NCBI RefSeq assembly: GCF_043950625.1
Contig: NZ_CP171007.1
Reading direction: 5' to 3' (one strand)
Length of the DNA: 32,000 nt
Source of the DNA: Alkanindiges sp. WGS2144
Lineage (GTDB): Bacteria; Pseudomonadota; Gammaproteobacteria; Pseudomonadales; Moraxellaceae
Shown: one piece after another, positions 9,713 to 18,117 of the stretch
Layout: each line of letters starts with the position of its first letter
Position numbering within the stretch: the stretch's first letter is position 1
Made by a program: the position numbers and the translations under genes
The notes under the pieces: model-generated
The model's input: only the letters and a program-made list of their open reading frames with translations
What the model was told of the DNA's origin: nothing
Databases searched by the model: none

Positions 9713-9761
9713 ATGGCTGACTGCATGTGGAGTTGATGCAATCAGCCATAACTATTCTTTT
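9713..9761. terminator. Probable bidirectional terminator hairpin
   Basis: ATGGCTGACTGCAT (9713..9726) pairs with ATGCAATCAGCCAT (9736..9749): 14 bp with one mismatch and a 9-nt loop. T-rich tracts follow on both strands (plus: AACTATTCTTTT; minus: TTTATTGAT). It sits downstream of the ABC gene on the plus strand and downstream of rnz and the small ORF on the minus strand. Confidence 0.6.
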
Positions 9762-9780
9762 AAAAGCATAATTATCTATT

Positions 9781-9981
9781 TCAGGAATGATTTTTTAAAA
9801 ACCAGTACCAATAAGCACGTGTTTCCCGTGGCAGGCGCTGCACCATTTTAGGATTTTTTAAATAAAACGCTTTGCTCTGCGGACAAATGACTGAAACAGT
9901 CAAACCCGTGCGCATATTTGCTGCTTTTATTGCTGTATTTAGAGAAACTATGCTTTTAGTACCGCGATAAACCATTAACAC
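9781..9981 (-). CDS. Hypothetical small protein (doubtful)
   Basis: A 66-codon ORF (GTG 9981 or ATG 9975) in an AT-rich 416-bp spacer, downstream of rnz on the same strand and upstream of the 9713..9761 hairpin. There is no convincing SD. The composition is more AT-rich than neighbouring genes. Only weak end-to-end resemblance to YcgL/DUF709 (MVYRGTKS..., ...QSKAFYLKNP), and much shorter than that family. Confidence 0.3.
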   Translation of the reverse strand: MLMVYRGTKSIVSLNTAIKAANMRTGLTVSVICPQSKAFYLKNPKMVQRLPRETRAYWYWFLKNHS

Positions 9982-10091
9982 ATGTCCCGATAAAATGTGA
10001 AATTCATCACACTTATTCTATTAAATTGTTAAACAGCGAGTCAAATAAACGTGGTTTTAAATGTTAAGACCAAAATTTTAATAATTAAGGC

Positions 10092-11060
10092 TCAAGAGGT
10101 AATCTGGCCTAACTGTAGCTGCCCAACTGCATCCAGTTTAAAATGGTCAAAATCACGGGCCAGATAAAACTTGCCCTGATAGTAGCGGCTTACTTCCTGC
10201 GCCATGGCAGCCTGCCCTGCGTCGCCCTGATGGCGCGGGCTAAAGTGAGTCAGGATAAGATTAGGCAAATTGATAAACTGGGCAAATTGGGCCACCTGCT
10301 GCGCTGCGCTATGCATATAAGCTGGCCCCACTTTATCCAAAGTAGTCTGCAAATACGTGGCTTCATGGATCAGCACATCAGCTTGCTCACAGGCCTGCGC
10401 AAGAATAAACGGTTCGGCATTATCACCGGCAATCACGGCACGCTGTTGCAAGGTTTGCAGGCTGACAAAATCCTGACTGTATAAAGTCTGCCCATTAAAC
10501 TCCACATTTTGGCCGTATTGCAGGGCACGCCAGCTTCGTCCGGCAGGTAGGCCAATGTTTTCCAGCTTTTGTGTATCCAAATGCCGTTGCTGCTGTTGTA
10601 TGGTTAACTGGTACGCGAAACACGGCACTCGATGCAGTAAGGGATATGTTTGAATGACCAGTCCTTCAAATAATTGCCAGCGGTTTGCCAGTAAAGCGGT
10701 ACTGTCCAGCATCACAAGCTCATAAGGTAAATATAAGCCACCGCTATTTAATGTACAGTTTAGCCAGTCCAGTACCTGTTTTGGTGCAATCAGGGTTAAA
10801 GGCTGAGTACGCCGGTTCATGCCTGCACTAGCCAATACGCCGGGCAAACCATAGCAATGATCGCCATGTACATGGGTTATACAGATACAGGCCAGTTGCT
10901 GTAATGATAACCCCACTTTTTGTAGTTGATGCTGAGTGGCCTCACCCGCATCAATCAGCACCCATTGCCGGTTTAAGCTGTTTTGTATGACAAGTCCGCT
11001 GACGTTTCGGGTTTTGGTCGGTACACCCGCAGAAGTACCTAAAAAAGTAAATGTAAGCAT
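10092..11060 (-). CDS. rnz: Ribonuclease Z / RNase BN (MBL-fold tRNA 3' endonuclease)
   Basis: The N-terminus [23 protein letters not shown] matches E. coli RNase BN [21 protein letters not shown]. The HxHxDH metal motif is present ([16 protein letters not shown]), as is the C-terminal [17 protein letters not shown] lies 9 nt before the ATG. Confidence 0.9.
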   Translation of the reverse strand: [322 protein letters not shown]

Positions 11061-11260
11061 GAATACATACTTCCTGCCTGATGCTGAAATTTACAGTGTT
11101 TGTGTTACGACTAGGGCAGCATAGCCTTAAACCAGTCCGGCAAACGTTTCAATCGCCATAACAAAGGTAAAGAACTGCGAACGCGGGCGGTTTATTCTTT
11201 TTTACAAACTCAAGCTTATAATTGGTTATCCTTGTTGTTCGACTTTTTATACCTGAATTC

Positions 11261-11968
11261 ATGTTAGCAACAACCACATTATCCAGACAACTCAAACACT
11301 ATAAACGCCTTGGCTTTCATGGCTGCCCGACTCTGGCAGCAACGCTCATCAATGTACAGCACTGGCAAAAAAGCCGGATGCAGGCTGTTCATCAGGAATT
11401 ATTTAGCCTGCCGGACAATCAGCACATCAGCCAGTTTTTGCTGGCGCGTCTATATCACTTTAATGATTTAAACCTTCTGGCGCAGCAACTGGACAAAGCC
11501 TTGCAGGAAAAAATCAAGCTGGATCGCTGGCTGCCTGACGGCGTACTCACGGCTGCTATTTTAAGTTTCAGGCTGGCCTATATGACCTTGCAACTGGACG
11601 AACAGCTGGCACGCCATGCTCTTGAACACCAGCTGGATATTAATGATACTACCATGCAGCGGGCCATACATGACCTAAACCAGTTTAAGGTCAGACACCA
11701 GCAACTTGATCTTCTGGAAAAATTTGCCCATGCACTGCACCGTTATAGCCGCAGCTTAATGATTCAAAGTGGTTTTAAGCTTGCCAAAAGTACCGCATAC
11801 CGGCGGCAATTTCATGAGTTGTATGATTATTTGGCGCAGGCTTTTGCAGCCATGCGTGCCAGCAACAATCCCTGCCATTTTTTTACCACGTTTATTGCGC
11901 AGGAAAAAACAGTGCTTGAGCATATAGCCACATATCATCCGCAACCGTTTATGCCTATTACTTGTTGA
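11261..11968 (+). CDS. Conserved hypothetical protein, paralogue 1 of a tandem pair
   Basis: The ORF-track TTG start at 11222 was replaced by ATG 11261. From there the product (236 aa) aligns residue-for-residue with the downstream paralogue: MLATTTLSRQLKHYKRLGFHGCPTLAATLINVQHWQKSRM versus MAKFDALQQQLVNFYNLEFHQNPTLAKRLNDVQTWQKERM. No enzymatic motif was recognised. Confidence 0.8.
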   Translation: MLATTTLSRQLKHYKRLGFHGCPTLAATLINVQHWQKSRMQAVHQELFSLPDNQHISQFLLARLYHFNDLNLLAQQLDKALQEKIKLDRWLPDGVLTAAILSFRLAYMTLQLDEQLARHALEHQLDINDTTMQRAIHDLNQFKVRHQQLDLLEKFAHALHRYSRSLMIQSGFKLAKSTAYRRQFHELYDYLAQAFAAMRASNNPCHFFTTFIAQEKTVLEHIATYHPQPFMPITC

Positions 11969-12063
11969 CCATAACGCAGGCATAAATTGGCATATCTGCT
12001 TATCCATCGTTTTTAAAAATCGGTTATGCTTGCCGCACTTAACATTGAGGTAATAAATGGCTT

Positions 12064-12768
12064 ATGGCTAAGTTTGATGCCCTACAACAACAACTGGTCA
12101 ATTTTTATAATCTGGAGTTTCATCAAAACCCAACCCTGGCCAAACGCTTAAATGACGTGCAAACCTGGCAAAAAGAGCGCATGAAAAAAACCCATCGTGA
12201 ATTTTTTGCGGTGCCTGAACATCATTTGATGACCCAATACTTTTTAAATCGTTTATATGGCGGCCCGGATTTTGATGTGCTGGCGCAGCAAATCTCCCGC
12301 CTGATTGACCACGCCGGTATTGTAGAAAAAATCATTCCGGATTCTGCCATTCGTACCGGATTTGCCGGGGTGGAGCTGGCTGTACTGGCAGTCAAGCTGG
12401 ATCAGGATTTAGCTATTGATCTATTAAATACCTATGCGCCGGATATGCTGCTCACTGATGAGATCATGCGCCAGGCCTATCTTAAGCTGGATCAGCAGGC
12501 TGCACGGCTGCATCAGATGGATTTACTGGAAGAGCTAGGTATTGGTCTGGATAAATATGTGCGCTCGCGCCTTGTTAAAACGGCGTTCAAAATGTCAAAA
12601 GGCCTGGCATATAAATATAAGGTTGCTCCCATTTATGATTTTATTGAAGAAGGTTTTGCTGCCATGCAGCCACTGGAATCCGCTGAAACCTTTGTTAAGG
12701 TCTTTACGACAGGTGAGCGCCAGATTATTGCCAGAGTGCATGCAGGGGAACCTTATCCATTTGCCTAA
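12064..12768 (+). CDS. Conserved hypothetical protein, paralogue 2 of a tandem pair
   Basis: A 234-aa ORF, collinear with the upstream gene. Shared blocks: PTLA, VQxWQKxRM, LAQQ, QxDLLE(E/K), Y(V/S)RS, YD(F/Y) and FAAM. GAGG lies at 12047..12050. Confidence 0.85.
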   Translation: MAKFDALQQQLVNFYNLEFHQNPTLAKRLNDVQTWQKERMKKTHREFFAVPEHHLMTQYFLNRLYGGPDFDVLAQQISRLIDHAGIVEKIIPDSAIRTGFAGVELAVLAVKLDQDLAIDLLNTYAPDMLLTDEIMRQAYLKLDQQAARLHQMDLLEELGIGLDKYVRSRLVKTAFKMSKGLAYKYKVAPIYDFIEEGFAAMQPLESAETFVKVFTTGERQIIARVHAGEPYPFA

Positions 12769-12952
12769 GCAAATCACCTTGTAATAAACGTTTTATTTTT
12801 TCAGTATAGTATTGCAGGTAAATTATGCCGGTTTTTGCAGTTTTGTCAGCAGCCTGACTCAAAATCTGGCATGATCGGCACCAACTTTTAAAATCAGGTG
12901 ATTAAAAGTCTAACGTCTTGGAGACCTCATGCTTTAAATATGTGGGCAGCCT

Positions 12953-13050
12953 ACTTGGGCTGGTCTGTTTTTCTTAAGTGATTATTCTGGACTTGGGGCT
13001 GGCACCAACTATTTTCTGACTTGTTATTTTCTGATTTAGTGGTTTTCTGG
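12953..13050 (+). repeat. Degenerate direct repeats in the ubiE leader
   Basis: ACTTGGG(G)CTGG occurs at 12953..12963 and 12991..13002. A TT(T/A)TTCTG-type motif occurs five times (about 12969, 12983, 13012, 13027, 13043); ATTTTCTGA is exact at 13011..13019 and 13026..13034. A further 10-mer, GGCACCAACT, is present twice (12877..12886 and 13001..13010). Confidence 0.55.
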
Positions 13051-13121
13051 TATCGTCTTGCCAGAACCATCGCAGCATGGCCTGGTCATGCTGTCTGCTG
13101 ATTTCTCATGGAGTGACCTCA

Positions 13122-14036
13122 ATGTCTAATGCCAACAATACCAATACCCCCCCTGCTGCACACAACAAGCAAAATACCGAGCAACAGAATACCGGACAAC
13201 CGGAAGCCGCCTCGCCTTTTTTAAATCAGCCCTTACCGCAGGGTGCCCCTCAGGGTCAGCAGCAAAGCCTGCCACAGGGCGCTAATCATGCTGGCATGGG
13301 TAGTACCACCCATTTCGGCTATAAAACAGTTGGCGTAGAAGAAAAACAGCAAAAGGTTGCTGAAGTTTTTCATTCCGTTGCCAGCAAATATGACCTGATG
13401 AATGACCTGATGTCCTTTGGTATTCATCGCTTATGGAAGCGCTTTGCCATTAACCTGTCAGGTGTACGCCGTGGGCAGCAGGTACTGGATATCGCAGGGG
13501 GCACTGGTGATCTGGCACTGGCCTTTAGCCGTGAAGTAGGTGAAAAAGGCCGCGTGGTGCTATCTGACATTAATGAGTCGATGCTCAATGTTGGCCGTGA
13601 TCGCTTAATTGACAAAGGCTGCACCAACGTGGAGTTTGTGCTGGCCAATGCCGAAACCCTGGAACCGTTTGAAGATGAAAACTTTGATCTGGTGACTATT
13701 AGTTTTGGCCTACGCAACGTGACCGACAAAGATGCTGCCTTACGCGCCATGTACCGCGTGCTCAAACCGGGTGGCCGCCTGCTGATCCTGGAGTTCTCCA
13801 AGCCGGTTTTTGAGCCATTATCCCGTCTGTATGACCTATATTCATTCACTGCCCTGCCCATTATGGGCAAACTGGTTGCCAACGATTCAGAAAGCTATCG
13901 TTATCTGGCCGAGTCCATTCGCATGCACCCGGATCAGCGCACCTTAAAACAAATGATGGAAAACGCCGGTTTTCATAGCTGTGACTACCATAACATGACC
14001 GGTGGCATTGTGGCGCTGCATCGCGGTTTTAAATAA
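13122..14036 (+). CDS. ubiE: Demethylmenaquinone/ubiquinone C-methyltransferase UbiE with a low-complexity N-terminal extension
   Basis: The core [46 protein letters not shown]...[10 protein letters not shown]...[12 protein letters not shown]...[14 protein letters not shown]...VALHRGFK is near-identical in pattern to E. coli UbiE. Start chosen at ATG 13122 (GGAG at 13110..13113, 8-nt spacer). Alternatives are the ORF-track ATG 13077 (no SD) and ATG 13296, which would give a canonical-length protein. Confidence 0.9.
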   Translation: MSNANNTNTPPAAHNKQNTEQQNTGQPEAASPFLNQPLPQGAPQGQQQSLPQGANHAGMGSTTHFGYKTVGVEEKQQKVAEVFHSVASKYDLMNDLMSFGIHRLWKRFAINLSGVRRGQQVLDIAGGTGDLALAFSREVGEKGRVVLSDINESMLNVGRDRLIDKGCTNVEFVLANAETLEPFEDENFDLVTISFGLRNVTDKDAALRAMYRVLKPGGRLLILEFSKPVFEPLSRLYDLYSFTALPIMGKLVANDSESYRYLAESIRMHPDQRTLKQMMENAGFHSCDYHNMTGGIVALHRGFK

Positions 14037-14063
14037 AGTCTTATTTAGCTTAGGAAAATTTCA

Positions 14064-14804
14064 ATGTTGGCTGTACTTGCGCTTGGCACGGCAGAGACCC
14101 TGATAAATCAATGGATTGATCTGGATGCGGCCACGCGTCAGCAGCTTAATGGTTTATCCGGCCAGTTATTGCGTGTGGTAATTGATGCCCCGCAGTTAGC
14201 CGTAGATGTGTGGTTTGATCATGACAAGATTCGCCTAAACCCCACTGTTTTAGGTGTGCCGGAGCGCCGCACAGCAATTTTTGAGCAGCGTCCGTATGAC
14301 CCGGCTTATGCACCGGAACAAGCCACAACTACCTTGCATGTGGCCAATCTGGTCGAGCTGGGTAAATTATTGACGGCTAAAGCAGGCGAAACCGGCAATA
14401 TTCCCCTGCAAGGCGATATGCGTCTGTTGCAGCAGCTACAAGTCATTTTGGCGCAGGCACAGCCCGATCTTGCCAGTCGCATCAGCCCATGGGTTGGAGC
14501 CATACCAGCCAGCCAGCTGGGCAGTATTATCCAGCAAGGCAAGCAAACCTTGGGTCGTATGGCATCCAATGCCACTAACCATGGCGCAGAAATGCTTAGC
14601 GAGGACAGCCGGTTATTTGTGGCACGCTGGCAAATGGATCAGTTTAAACGTAACGTGCGTACGTTGCGTCAGGATATTGAACGTGTTCAGGCCAGATTAC
14701 ATGTCCTGCAACAGCAGATTCAACCGGCACCAAATGAACCAGAAACCAGTATTGGTCAGGCGAGCAATGAAGTGCTGATACAACATATGCAGCAACAGCA
14801 ATAA
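14064..14804 (+). CDS. ubiJ: Ubiquinone biosynthesis accessory factor UbiJ (SCP2-domain protein)
   Basis: A 246-aa ORF between ubiE and ubiB, as in the E. coli ubiE-ubiJ(yigP)-ubiB operon. The N-terminal part looks SCP2-like (LINQWIDLDAATRQQLNGLSGQLLRVVIDAPQLAVDVWF) and the C-terminal part is coiled and Q-rich. SD AGGAAA precedes the ATG. Confidence 0.8.
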   Translation: MLAVLALGTAETLINQWIDLDAATRQQLNGLSGQLLRVVIDAPQLAVDVWFDHDKIRLNPTVLGVPERRTAIFEQRPYDPAYAPEQATTTLHVANLVELGKLLTAKAGETGNIPLQGDMRLLQQLQVILAQAQPDLASRISPWVGAIPASQLGSIIQQGKQTLGRMASNATNHGAEMLSEDSRLFVARWQMDQFKRNVRTLRQDIERVQARLHVLQQQIQPAPNEPETSIGQASNEVLIQHMQQQQ

Positions 14805-14824
14805 AGATTTTAGGACAACGCGCA

Positions 14825-16444
14825 ATGATTCCGCATTTTTCCCGTTTGCTTGAGTTATGGCGACTGGCGGCTCACCATCGTCTGGATAGCTTGATTCCTG
14901 AAGATGAACTGCCAGCCAGAGCAAAACCTATCGTTCAGCTCATTAGAATTCATCCGGCCGCCTGGGGTAGTCGCGCCGCTAAAGACCCTTTACGCCTAAA
15001 ACATGCCCTGGAAGAAATGGGGCCACTGTTTGTCAAGCTTGGGCAGTTACTGTCTACCCGCCGTGATCTTATCGCCCCTGAATTACTGGCGCAGCTGGTG
15101 CAGCTACAAGATCGGGTGGCGCCTTTTGCCAGTGATATTGCCAGACAGCGTGTGGAACAATCCTTAAATGCCACCATTGACACCCTGTTTGCCCGTTTTG
15201 ATGACACCCCACTGGCTGCTGCTTCCATTGCCCAGGTACATACTGCTGCCCTGCATGATGGCCGCGAAGTCATTGTTAAAATTGTCCGGCCGGATATTCG
15301 CCCACAAATTTTAAAAGATTTTGAAATTCTGAGCTGGCTGGGGCAATGGCTGGAAGCCCGGCTGGAAGCTGCCCGCGCTGTGCATTTGGTGCAGGTTATT
15401 GATGACTACCGTCAGGTCATTTTAAATGAGCTGGACCTGGATTTAGAAGCCGCCAACACCATGCAAATGCGCCATAACTTTCTGGGCTCAAGCATGATGT
15501 ACGTGCCAGAAGTTTATACCGCTACCAAAGATGTCATGGTGGCAGAGCGCATCACGGGTGTCCCTGTTTCGGATATTGCGACATTTGAACAACTGGGCAT
15601 GAATCGGGCGCAGCTAGGTGAAAAAGGCCTGACCATCTTTTTTACCCAGGTTTTTCGTGACAATTTTTTTCATGCCGACATGCACCCGGGCAACGTCTTT
15701 GTAGAAACCTTAAATCCGCAAAACCCGCGGTTTATTGCACTGGACTGTGCCATTGTCGGTGAGCTGTCCAAAAGCGACCAGATGACGGTTGCCCGTCTTT
15801 TGCTTGCAGTGATGAACAACAATTTTGAGCAGCTGATTCAGGTAGTACATCAGGCGGGCTGGATTCCAGCGGGTACTGACCAAACTGCCCTGGCGCGTGA
15901 AATGCGCCGCACCGTAGGCCCCATGATCTCCAAACCCATGGATCAGCTGGATTTTGCCGGCATTTTGATTCAGGTGATGGACATTGCCCGGCGCTACCAC
16001 CTGGAAATTCCACCTCAGCTGATGTTACTGCTAAAAACCCTGGTGCATGTCGAAGGACTAGGGCGCGATCTTTATCCGCAACTGGACATCTGGAAACTGG
16101 CCAAACCGATTTTAACCGAATGGGTCAAGCAAAATGTCAATCCTATCAATAGCCTGAAAGAACTGGGGCAACAAATTCCCGATATGCTCATGGGTGCAAC
16201 CGATCTACCCGCCCTGCTGATTGACAGCCTGCACAATTTACGCCAGCAAGGCGCATGGCAGGAACGTCAATGGCGTGAATTACAGCAAATGCGGCTGGAT
16301 ATGCAGCAGACCCGTCGGCATGACTGGCTAGCAGCAAGCGGCTTTTTAGGTTTACTGATTGTTGCCACACAAGTGGCCTGGCCAGTGGCGGTTGTACTGT
16401 TTGTTCTGGCAGGTCTTGTGGTATTGTGGCGCCTGATTTCATAA
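14825..16444 (+). CDS. ubiB: Ubiquinone biosynthesis regulatory kinase-like protein UbiB
   Basis: A 539-aa ORF with ABC1/UbiB family hallmarks: LGPLFVKLGQLLSTRRDL, AAASIAQVH, VIVKIVRPDI and FFHADMHPGNVFV. The C-terminus is hydrophobic (LLIVATQVAWPVAVVLFVLAGLVVLW). Confidence 0.93.
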   Translation: MIPHFSRLLELWRLAAHHRLDSLIPEDELPARAKPIVQLIRIHPAAWGSRAAKDPLRLKHALEEMGPLFVKLGQLLSTRRDLIAPELLAQLVQLQDRVAPFASDIARQRVEQSLNATIDTLFARFDDTPLAAASIAQVHTAALHDGREVIVKIVRPDIRPQILKDFEILSWLGQWLEARLEAARAVHLVQVIDDYRQVILNELDLDLEAANTMQMRHNFLGSSMMYVPEVYTATKDVMVAERITGVPVSDIATFEQLGMNRAQLGEKGLTIFFTQVFRDNFFHADMHPGNVFVETLNPQNPRFIALDCAIVGELSKSDQMTVARLLLAVMNNNFEQLIQVVHQAGWIPAGTDQTALAREMRRTVGPMISKPMDQLDFAGILIQVMDIARRYHLEIPPQLMLLLKTLVHVEGLGRDLYPQLDIWKLAKPILTEWVKQNVNPINSLKELGQQIPDMLMGATDLPALLIDSLHNLRQQGAWQERQWRELQQMRLDMQQTRRHDWLAASGFLGLLIVATQVAWPVAVVLFVLAGLVVLWRLIS

Positions 16445-16521
16445 ACTCATATCGCTTCTGGTCTACCGCATCATGCTGTGTCCCTCACTTTGTCTTGTTT
16501 CTATCAATTTGCAGCTTTTGA

Positions 16522-17124
16522 ATGCTTAGTTTAGACATCATCATTGCTTTAAGTATATTCGCCACTGTCAGCTCAATCACGCCTGGCCCCAATAATATTA
16601 TGTTATTGGCTTCGGGGGTTAACTTTGGTTTTAAGCGTACCATCCCGCATATTCTGGGGATTTGTTTTGGCTTTTTTATCCTGTGTTTTGTTACGGGGCT
16701 TGGCGTTGGTGCTTTTTTACAGCAATTTCCTACACTGCATTTAACACTTAAGCTGGTTTCTGCCCTTTACCTGGTTTATCTGGCTCTACAAATTGCCCGC
16801 AGTCGTAGCAGCAGTAATGAGGACAACAGTACCAGCAAGCCCATGAGCTTTATGCAGGCTGCCTTGTTCCAGTGGGTCAACCCCAAGGCATGGATGATGG
16901 CTATTTCTGCCATGATTATGTTTAGTAATACGCAGGCGCCGCTTGCCAGCATGTTTTGGATTTCTACTGTATTTTCTCTGGTGGGTTTGCCCTGTGTGGC
17001 AATCTGGGTGGTTTTTGGTGTTGGCTTAAAAAGGTTTTTAAGCCAACCGCAGTATTTAAAATGGTTCAATATTGGAATGGGTGTTCTGCTGATTGCCAGT
17101 ATTTATCCTATTTTTTATGTTTAA
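16522..17124 (+). CDS. LysE/RhtB-family amino-acid exporter
   Basis: A 200-aa polytopic membrane protein with the family-typical N-terminus (SITPGPNNIMLLASGVNFGFKRT) and about six hydrophobic segments. Confidence 0.85.
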   Translation: MLSLDIIIALSIFATVSSITPGPNNIMLLASGVNFGFKRTIPHILGICFGFFILCFVTGLGVGAFLQQFPTLHLTLKLVSALYLVYLALQIARSRSSSNEDNSTSKPMSFMQAALFQWVNPKAWMMAISAMIMFSNTQAPLASMFWISTVFSLVGLPCVAIWVVFGVGLKRFLSQPQYLKWFNIGMGVLLIASIYPIFYV

Positions 17125-17193
17125 ATCTGTGGGGCAAAGTATCTTATAATCCTGATACTCATTGCTAAACCACTATAGTAAAACGGATACCCC

Positions 17194-17970
17194 ATGAACA
17201 ACTGGCTAGATGATATCAAATTTGACCAAAACGGCCTGATTCCGGCAATTGCGCAAGATCAGCACACTGGCCGGATTCTCATGGTGGCATGGATGAACCG
17301 CGAGTCACTGCAACTGACCGCCGACAACAAGCGTGGTGTTTATTTTTCCCGCTCCCGTAATAAGCTGTGGCATAAAGGCGAAGAATCCGGTCACTATCAG
17401 CAAGTGCATGAAATTCGGCTGGACTGTGATGGTGATGTGATTGTGCTGCAAATTACCCAGCACGGCGGTATTGCCTGCCATACCGGACGGGAGTCCTGTT
17501 TTTACCGGGTACTAACACCACAGGGCTGGCAAGTGGTGGACGCGGTTAAAAAAGACCCACAAGCGATTTATGGCAAGGTGGAGCAGGCTCATGGCTCTCA
17601 TGACGATATTCACAACCGCTCTGAATCCCTTGATGTACTGGCTCATCTGGCCAGTGTGATGCAACAGCGCAAGCACGCCAGCGGCGATCAATCCTATGTC
17701 GCCAGTCTGTACCAGAAAGGCCTCAACAAGATTTTAGAAAAAGTCGGTGAAGAAAGTATCGAAACAGTGATTGCTGCCAAGGATTATGCGCTGGATAAAA
17801 ACTCGGCAGAACTTCAAAATGACTTAATTTATGAAACCGCAGATTTATGGTTCCATAGTATTGTCATGCTGGGTTATTTTGATATTACACCACAGCAGAT
17901 ACTTGATGAACTGGCTTGCCGCATGGGGCTGTCCGGGCTGGATGAAAAGGCATCCCGCACCACCCATTAA
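17194..17970 (+). CDS. hisIE: Bifunctional phosphoribosyl-AMP cyclohydrolase / phosphoribosyl-ATP diphosphatase HisIE
   Basis: The N-terminal HisI part reads [26 protein letters not shown]...[13 protein letters not shown]...DCDGD...GIACHTG. The C-terminal HisE part reads [24 protein letters not shown]...[17 protein letters not shown] ~30-aa hydrophilic linker joins them. Confidence 0.92.
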   Translation: MNNWLDDIKFDQNGLIPAIAQDQHTGRILMVAWMNRESLQLTADNKRGVYFSRSRNKLWHKGEESGHYQQVHEIRLDCDGDVIVLQITQHGGIACHTGRESCFYRVLTPQGWQVVDAVKKDPQAIYGKVEQAHGSHDDIHNRSESLDVLAHLASVMQQRKHASGDQSYVASLYQKGLNKILEKVGEESIETVIAAKDYALDKNSAELQNDLIYETADLWFHSIVMLGYFDITPQQILDELACRMGLSGLDEKASRTTH

Positions 17971-18117
17971 CTGCCGCTCACCTGTGTAATGTAGATCAGG
18001 CGTTCAGAGTGTGTCGGTTTAAATACCCGACACTCAAACGATAAAACCAAAAACGTAGATAAGGCTCAATACGCCTTGTATGGCAAATGACAAAGTATAG
18101 CGCATGAACAATCATAA

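Noticed and set aside
11191-11222. A perfect -10 hexamer TATAAT (11217..11222) upstream of paralogue 1.
   Set aside because: There is no acceptable -35 hexamer at 16-19 bp spacing (ATTCTT/TATTCT at best). It may still be a promoter, but the support is too thin to list as a feature.
11222-11260. Upstream extensions of ORF-track starts: TTG 11222, ATG 13077, TTG 18748, TTG 20488, GTG 28148 and ATG 30886.
   Set aside because: Internal starts fit SD spacing and alignment with paralogues or well-known orthologues (UbiE, DusC, L19, the lipase signal peptide). The extensions add non-conserved, often hydrophobic or odd residues.
12057-12071. Mini-ORFs behind SD-like sequences: ATG GCT TAT GGC TAA at 12057, and ATG CTT TAA at about 12929 after GGAGA.
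   Set aside because: They are only 2-4 codons long and easily arise by chance in AT-rich leaders. There is no supporting attenuator structure.
13424-13882. A 152-aa minus-strand ORF antisense to ubiE. Similar antisense ORFs occur in recC, ubiB, mrpA, mrpD, lipA and other genes.
   Set aside because: Their R/S/P-rich composition is typical of shadow ORFs opposite real genes. The sense-strand products have unambiguous family motifs.
18015-18045. The hairpin GTGTCGG-N9-CCGACAC between convergent hisIE and the DUF2750 gene. A weaker AAGGC-N7-GCCTT lies near 18062.
   Set aside because: These are plausible convergent-terminator structures, but neither strand has a T-run after the stem, so I did not annotate a terminator.
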